Shown: positions 61,890-64,000 of the stretch, one piece after another
Position numbering within the stretch: the first letter of the stretch is position 1
How the letters are laid out: each line of letters opens with the position of its first letter
Virus record (IMG/VR): IMGVR_UViG_3300029288_000150
Location: 11,220 to 75,219 of that record
Source: a virus
Lineage: Duplodnaviria; Caudoviricetes
DNA length: 64,000 nt
Strand: one strand, 5' to 3'
Position numbers and translations under genes: made by a program
The notes under the pieces: generated by a model
The model's input: the letters and a program-made list of their open reading frames with translations, nothing else
Database searches by the model: none
Told to the model about the DNA's origin: nothing

Positions 61890-62936
61890 CTACTTCTCGA
61901 ACTTCTCCCGGTAGGCCCGCCGGTAGTCCTCGACCTTGGTTTGGGCGTAGATCCTGGTAGTGGTGGGCGACGAGTGCCCCAGGGCGAATTGCGTCAGGGC
62001 CAGGTCCCCGGTCTCGCTCAAAAACTCGGTGGCGAAAAAGTGCCGCAGCGAGTGGGGCGTCAGGTTGAACCGCTCCAGGATGCCGGCCCGGCGGGCCAGG
62101 TTCTCGATCACCCGCTCCACGCTGCGGACGCCCAGGGGGAACGTCCTGGAGCCCGACCGGCGATCATGGCGGGCAAATAGGGGCAGGCGGCCCAGGGCCT
62201 TGACCGATGCCCGGTCGTCGCGCTCCTCCAGGTAGGTGTGGATGGCGGCCCAGGCTTCCTTGCTGAACAGCACCTCGCGTTCCTTCCCTCCCTTGGCATA
62301 CCGGATGTAGGCGCCCCGGGTCTCGTGCAGGAGATCCCCCCGCTCCAGGCGGACCAGCTCGCCAACGCGCACCCCCGAGCTGGCCAGGGTCTCCACCATG
62401 GCAATGTCCCGCAGCCGGGCCAACTCCTGGCGGCGCACCTCGCCGGGCGGGGCGGTCTCGGGCAGGGCCAGCGGTTGGCGGGCCTCCTGGAGGAGGGCAG
62501 CCACGATCTCGGCGCTGGGGAGCTTGTTGGGTGAGAGGTGGTCCCTGGGCCGTTTCCTGGCTGCCCGGCGGAGCGCCCGGCGGAGCACGTCGTATTGCTC
62601 CATTGTCCAGGGCAGGCGCCGCGTCTCGGCCACCAGCCACTCGAAAAAGCGGGTGGCGGCGGCCAGGTAGAGCTGGAGCGTAGCGGGCCGGACCTTCTCC
62701 GGATCTCCCCCGGCGACGTTCACCAGGAGATGCTCGTACATCCAGGGGATAAAGTCCGCGGCCGCCTGGGGCTCGACCTGGGCCAGCAGCACGACGGGCG
62801 GGTCCTGGGCGGCCAGGTAGCGTTGCAGGTGCCGCAGGCCCACGGCATAGGCGCGGGCCGAGCCCCGCGATTGCGTGGCCTTCACGTAGGCCGAAAATCG
62901 CTCGATTGCCCCGGCGACGGTGGGGTCTTCGTCCAT
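61890..62936 (-). CDS. Tyrosine recombinase (XerC/D-like)
   Basis: SGVRVGEL, AKGGKER, TPHSLRHFFAT, LGHSSPTTTRIY; GGGAGG RBS. Confidence 0.92.
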   Translation of the reverse strand: MDEDPTVAGAIERFSAYVKATQSRGSARAYAVGLRHLQRYLAAQDPPVVLLAQVEPQAAADFIPWMYEHLLVNVAGGDPEKVRPATLQLYLAAATRFFEWLVAETRRLPWTMEQYDVLRRALRRAARKRPRDHLSPNKLPSAEIVAALLQEARQPLALPETAPPGEVRRQELARLRDIAMVETLASSGVRVGELVRLERGDLLHETRGAYIRYAKGGKEREVLFSKEAWAAIHTYLEERDDRASVKALGRLPLFARHDRRSGSRTFPLGVRSVERVIENLARRAGILERFNLTPHSLRHFFATEFLSETGDLALTQFALGHSSPTTTRIYAQTKVEDYRRAYREKFEK

Positions 62937-62962
62937 CGGTTTCCCTCCCTGTGATTTTATAG

Positions 62963-63018
62963 CGGCAAAGTTACCTTTGCCGTCATATCATTTTACCACG
63001 CCCGGGCCGGTTTGTCAA
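62963..63018 (-). promoter_or_regulatory. Promoter of tyrosine recombinase with downstream inverted repeat
   Basis: TTGACA-17bp-TAAAAT (63018-62990); CGGCAAAG-TTAC-CTTTGCCG at 62963-62982. Confidence 0.7.
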
Positions 63019-63252
63019 GCCCGCTCCCCCGATCCCCGGTTTGCGGTCCTCCCGGGAGCCCGTCCCGGGGGGTCGTTTTCCCGGCCCCGTCGCCCGCTCC
63101 CGCCCGGCTCCGGCCCGCCCCAACCGGCCACCGCCGGGCCCGGAGCCAGGGGCGGGCGACGGGCAGCAGGCGGGGGAGCCCCCTACCCCGGCGCCGGGGC
63201 GGGTGGGGCGGTTATGTCGAGTTATGGAGAGGGTGGGGGGGGTGGGGGATGC

Positions 63253-63282
63253 AAAAAGCCCCCGGCCGCGTGGGCCGGGGGC
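63253..63282 (-). terminator. Intrinsic terminator
   Basis: GCCCCCGGCC/GGCCGGGGGC stem with AAAAA on plus strand, just after stop at 63299. Confidence 0.7.
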
Positions 63283-63298
63283 GTGGGGGACGGGTGGG

Positions 63299-63976
63299 TT
63301 AAAGTGCTTCTACCTCGCGCAGGCTGACCTTGCGGCGCCCCTGGCGGGCCGGCGCGGCCGGATCATGGTAGGCCCGGAGCCTGCCATCGTCAATGGCCCG
63401 GCTGATACCGGCCACCGTCATCTCTTTGATCTCGGCCGCCTCGGCCATCGTGATCAGGTCGTCCCCCCGGATGCGGAGCATGGCCAGAGCCACCATTTGG
63501 CCCAGGGGCGTATCCCAGAATCCCGCCGGGATGGTGTAGGCGCTGCCCAGCCCCGGAGGGGCAAACAGCAACTCCATCAGGCCCTGCACCCCCTCGTACA
63601 CGATGGCGAGATCGTCCTCGTCGGTGATTTCGCCGATTGCTACCCGGGCAATCTCTGCCAGCGTGTCGGTCAACATGGCCCGGCCGGCCTCGGCGACCCG
63701 GTCAGCAGGGGTGCCGCCCCGGCCGTTCAGGTCACGGTGCCATGCCCGCCCGTCCCAGTGAAACCCCAACCGCGAGACGATGCCGATGAGAGCATCGTCT
63801 CGCCGGGGATAAAGCACCGAGACGCTATTGCCCTGGACGGTGATCCGGGCGACGTCGTCGGTGCGAGGTCGGGACGGCCGGGCGAGGGCAGGCACTATCC
63901 TATCTCTCCGCCAACTCGAGGCAGCTGCGGGCGGCTCTATACAGGTCGGCGAACATTGCCGAGTCGATCTCGCCAT
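63299..63976 (-). CDS. Protein with C-terminal excisionase-like HTH (paralog of 8612-8893); start uncertain
   Basis: DDLITMAEAAEIKEMTVAGISRAIDDG...RRKVSLREVE aligns with DLLTIKAAAQALQMTMPGVIAAINRG...RRFVLREDVE. Confidence 0.6.
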   Translation of the reverse strand: MARSTRQCSPTCIEPPAAASSWRRDRIVPALARPSRPRTDDVARITVQGNSVSVLYPRRDDALIGIVSRLGFHWDGRAWHRDLNGRGGTPADRVAEAGRAMLTDTLAEIARVAIGEITDEDDLAIVYEGVQGLMELLFAPPGLGSAYTIPAGFWDTPLGQMVALAMLRIRGDDLITMAEAAEIKEMTVAGISRAIDDGRLRAYHDPAAPARQGRRKVSLREVEAL

Positions 63977-64000
63977 CTTCGTGCCGGCGGCGCAGCTCGG

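Noticed and set aside
62937-63298. dif-like XerC/D site and G-rich tract near the tyrosine recombinase
   Set aside because: No 11-6-11 dif consensus recognised; G runs are unremarkable in this GC-rich DNA

Overview
The whole window reads as one very GC-rich temperate siphovirus-like genome segment; the host cannot be determined from the sequence, and no replication genes, tRNAs or CRISPR arrays were found. Left to right: (1) a lower-GC leftward cluster (TGT/DpdA-like TIM barrel, DUF6884-like protein, PP-loop PAPS-reductase-like protein, truncated radical-SAM-like ORF) that suggests DNA base modification; (2) a cro/cI-like divergent switch, with an orphan PAS-domain gene behind the repressor; (3) early genes (J-domain, SWIM finger), an excisionase-like HTH, a large serine integrase and an apparently intact attP-like inverted repeat; (4) a lysis-like cassette led by a SpoIID/LytB protein; (5) terminase (large subunit carries a class-3-like LAGLIDADG intein in Walker A), portal, and a roughly 8 kb sugar-nucleotide/acyl/methyl/sulfur enzyme block; (6) a leftward moron operon and an IS1202/ISNCY-like insertion sequence with a 16-bp target duplication; (7) cysteine-rich head and tail genes interleaved with glycosyltransferases, a CmcI-type O-methyltransferase and a sulfotransferase, a mucin-like Ser/Pro linker in a baseplate protein, two triplets of tail paralogs and a free-standing HNH gene; (8) a tyrosine recombinase. 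Main highlights: a candidate phage-encoded pathway for decorating the virion with a complex sulfated/methylated/acylated glycan, a 10-site palindromic operator regulon (GTGGAC-N4-GTCCAC) at most of the strong promoters, and an identical 26-bp palindrome present in frame in two unrelated late genes. All product calls come from motif recognition by eye; no database search was run.
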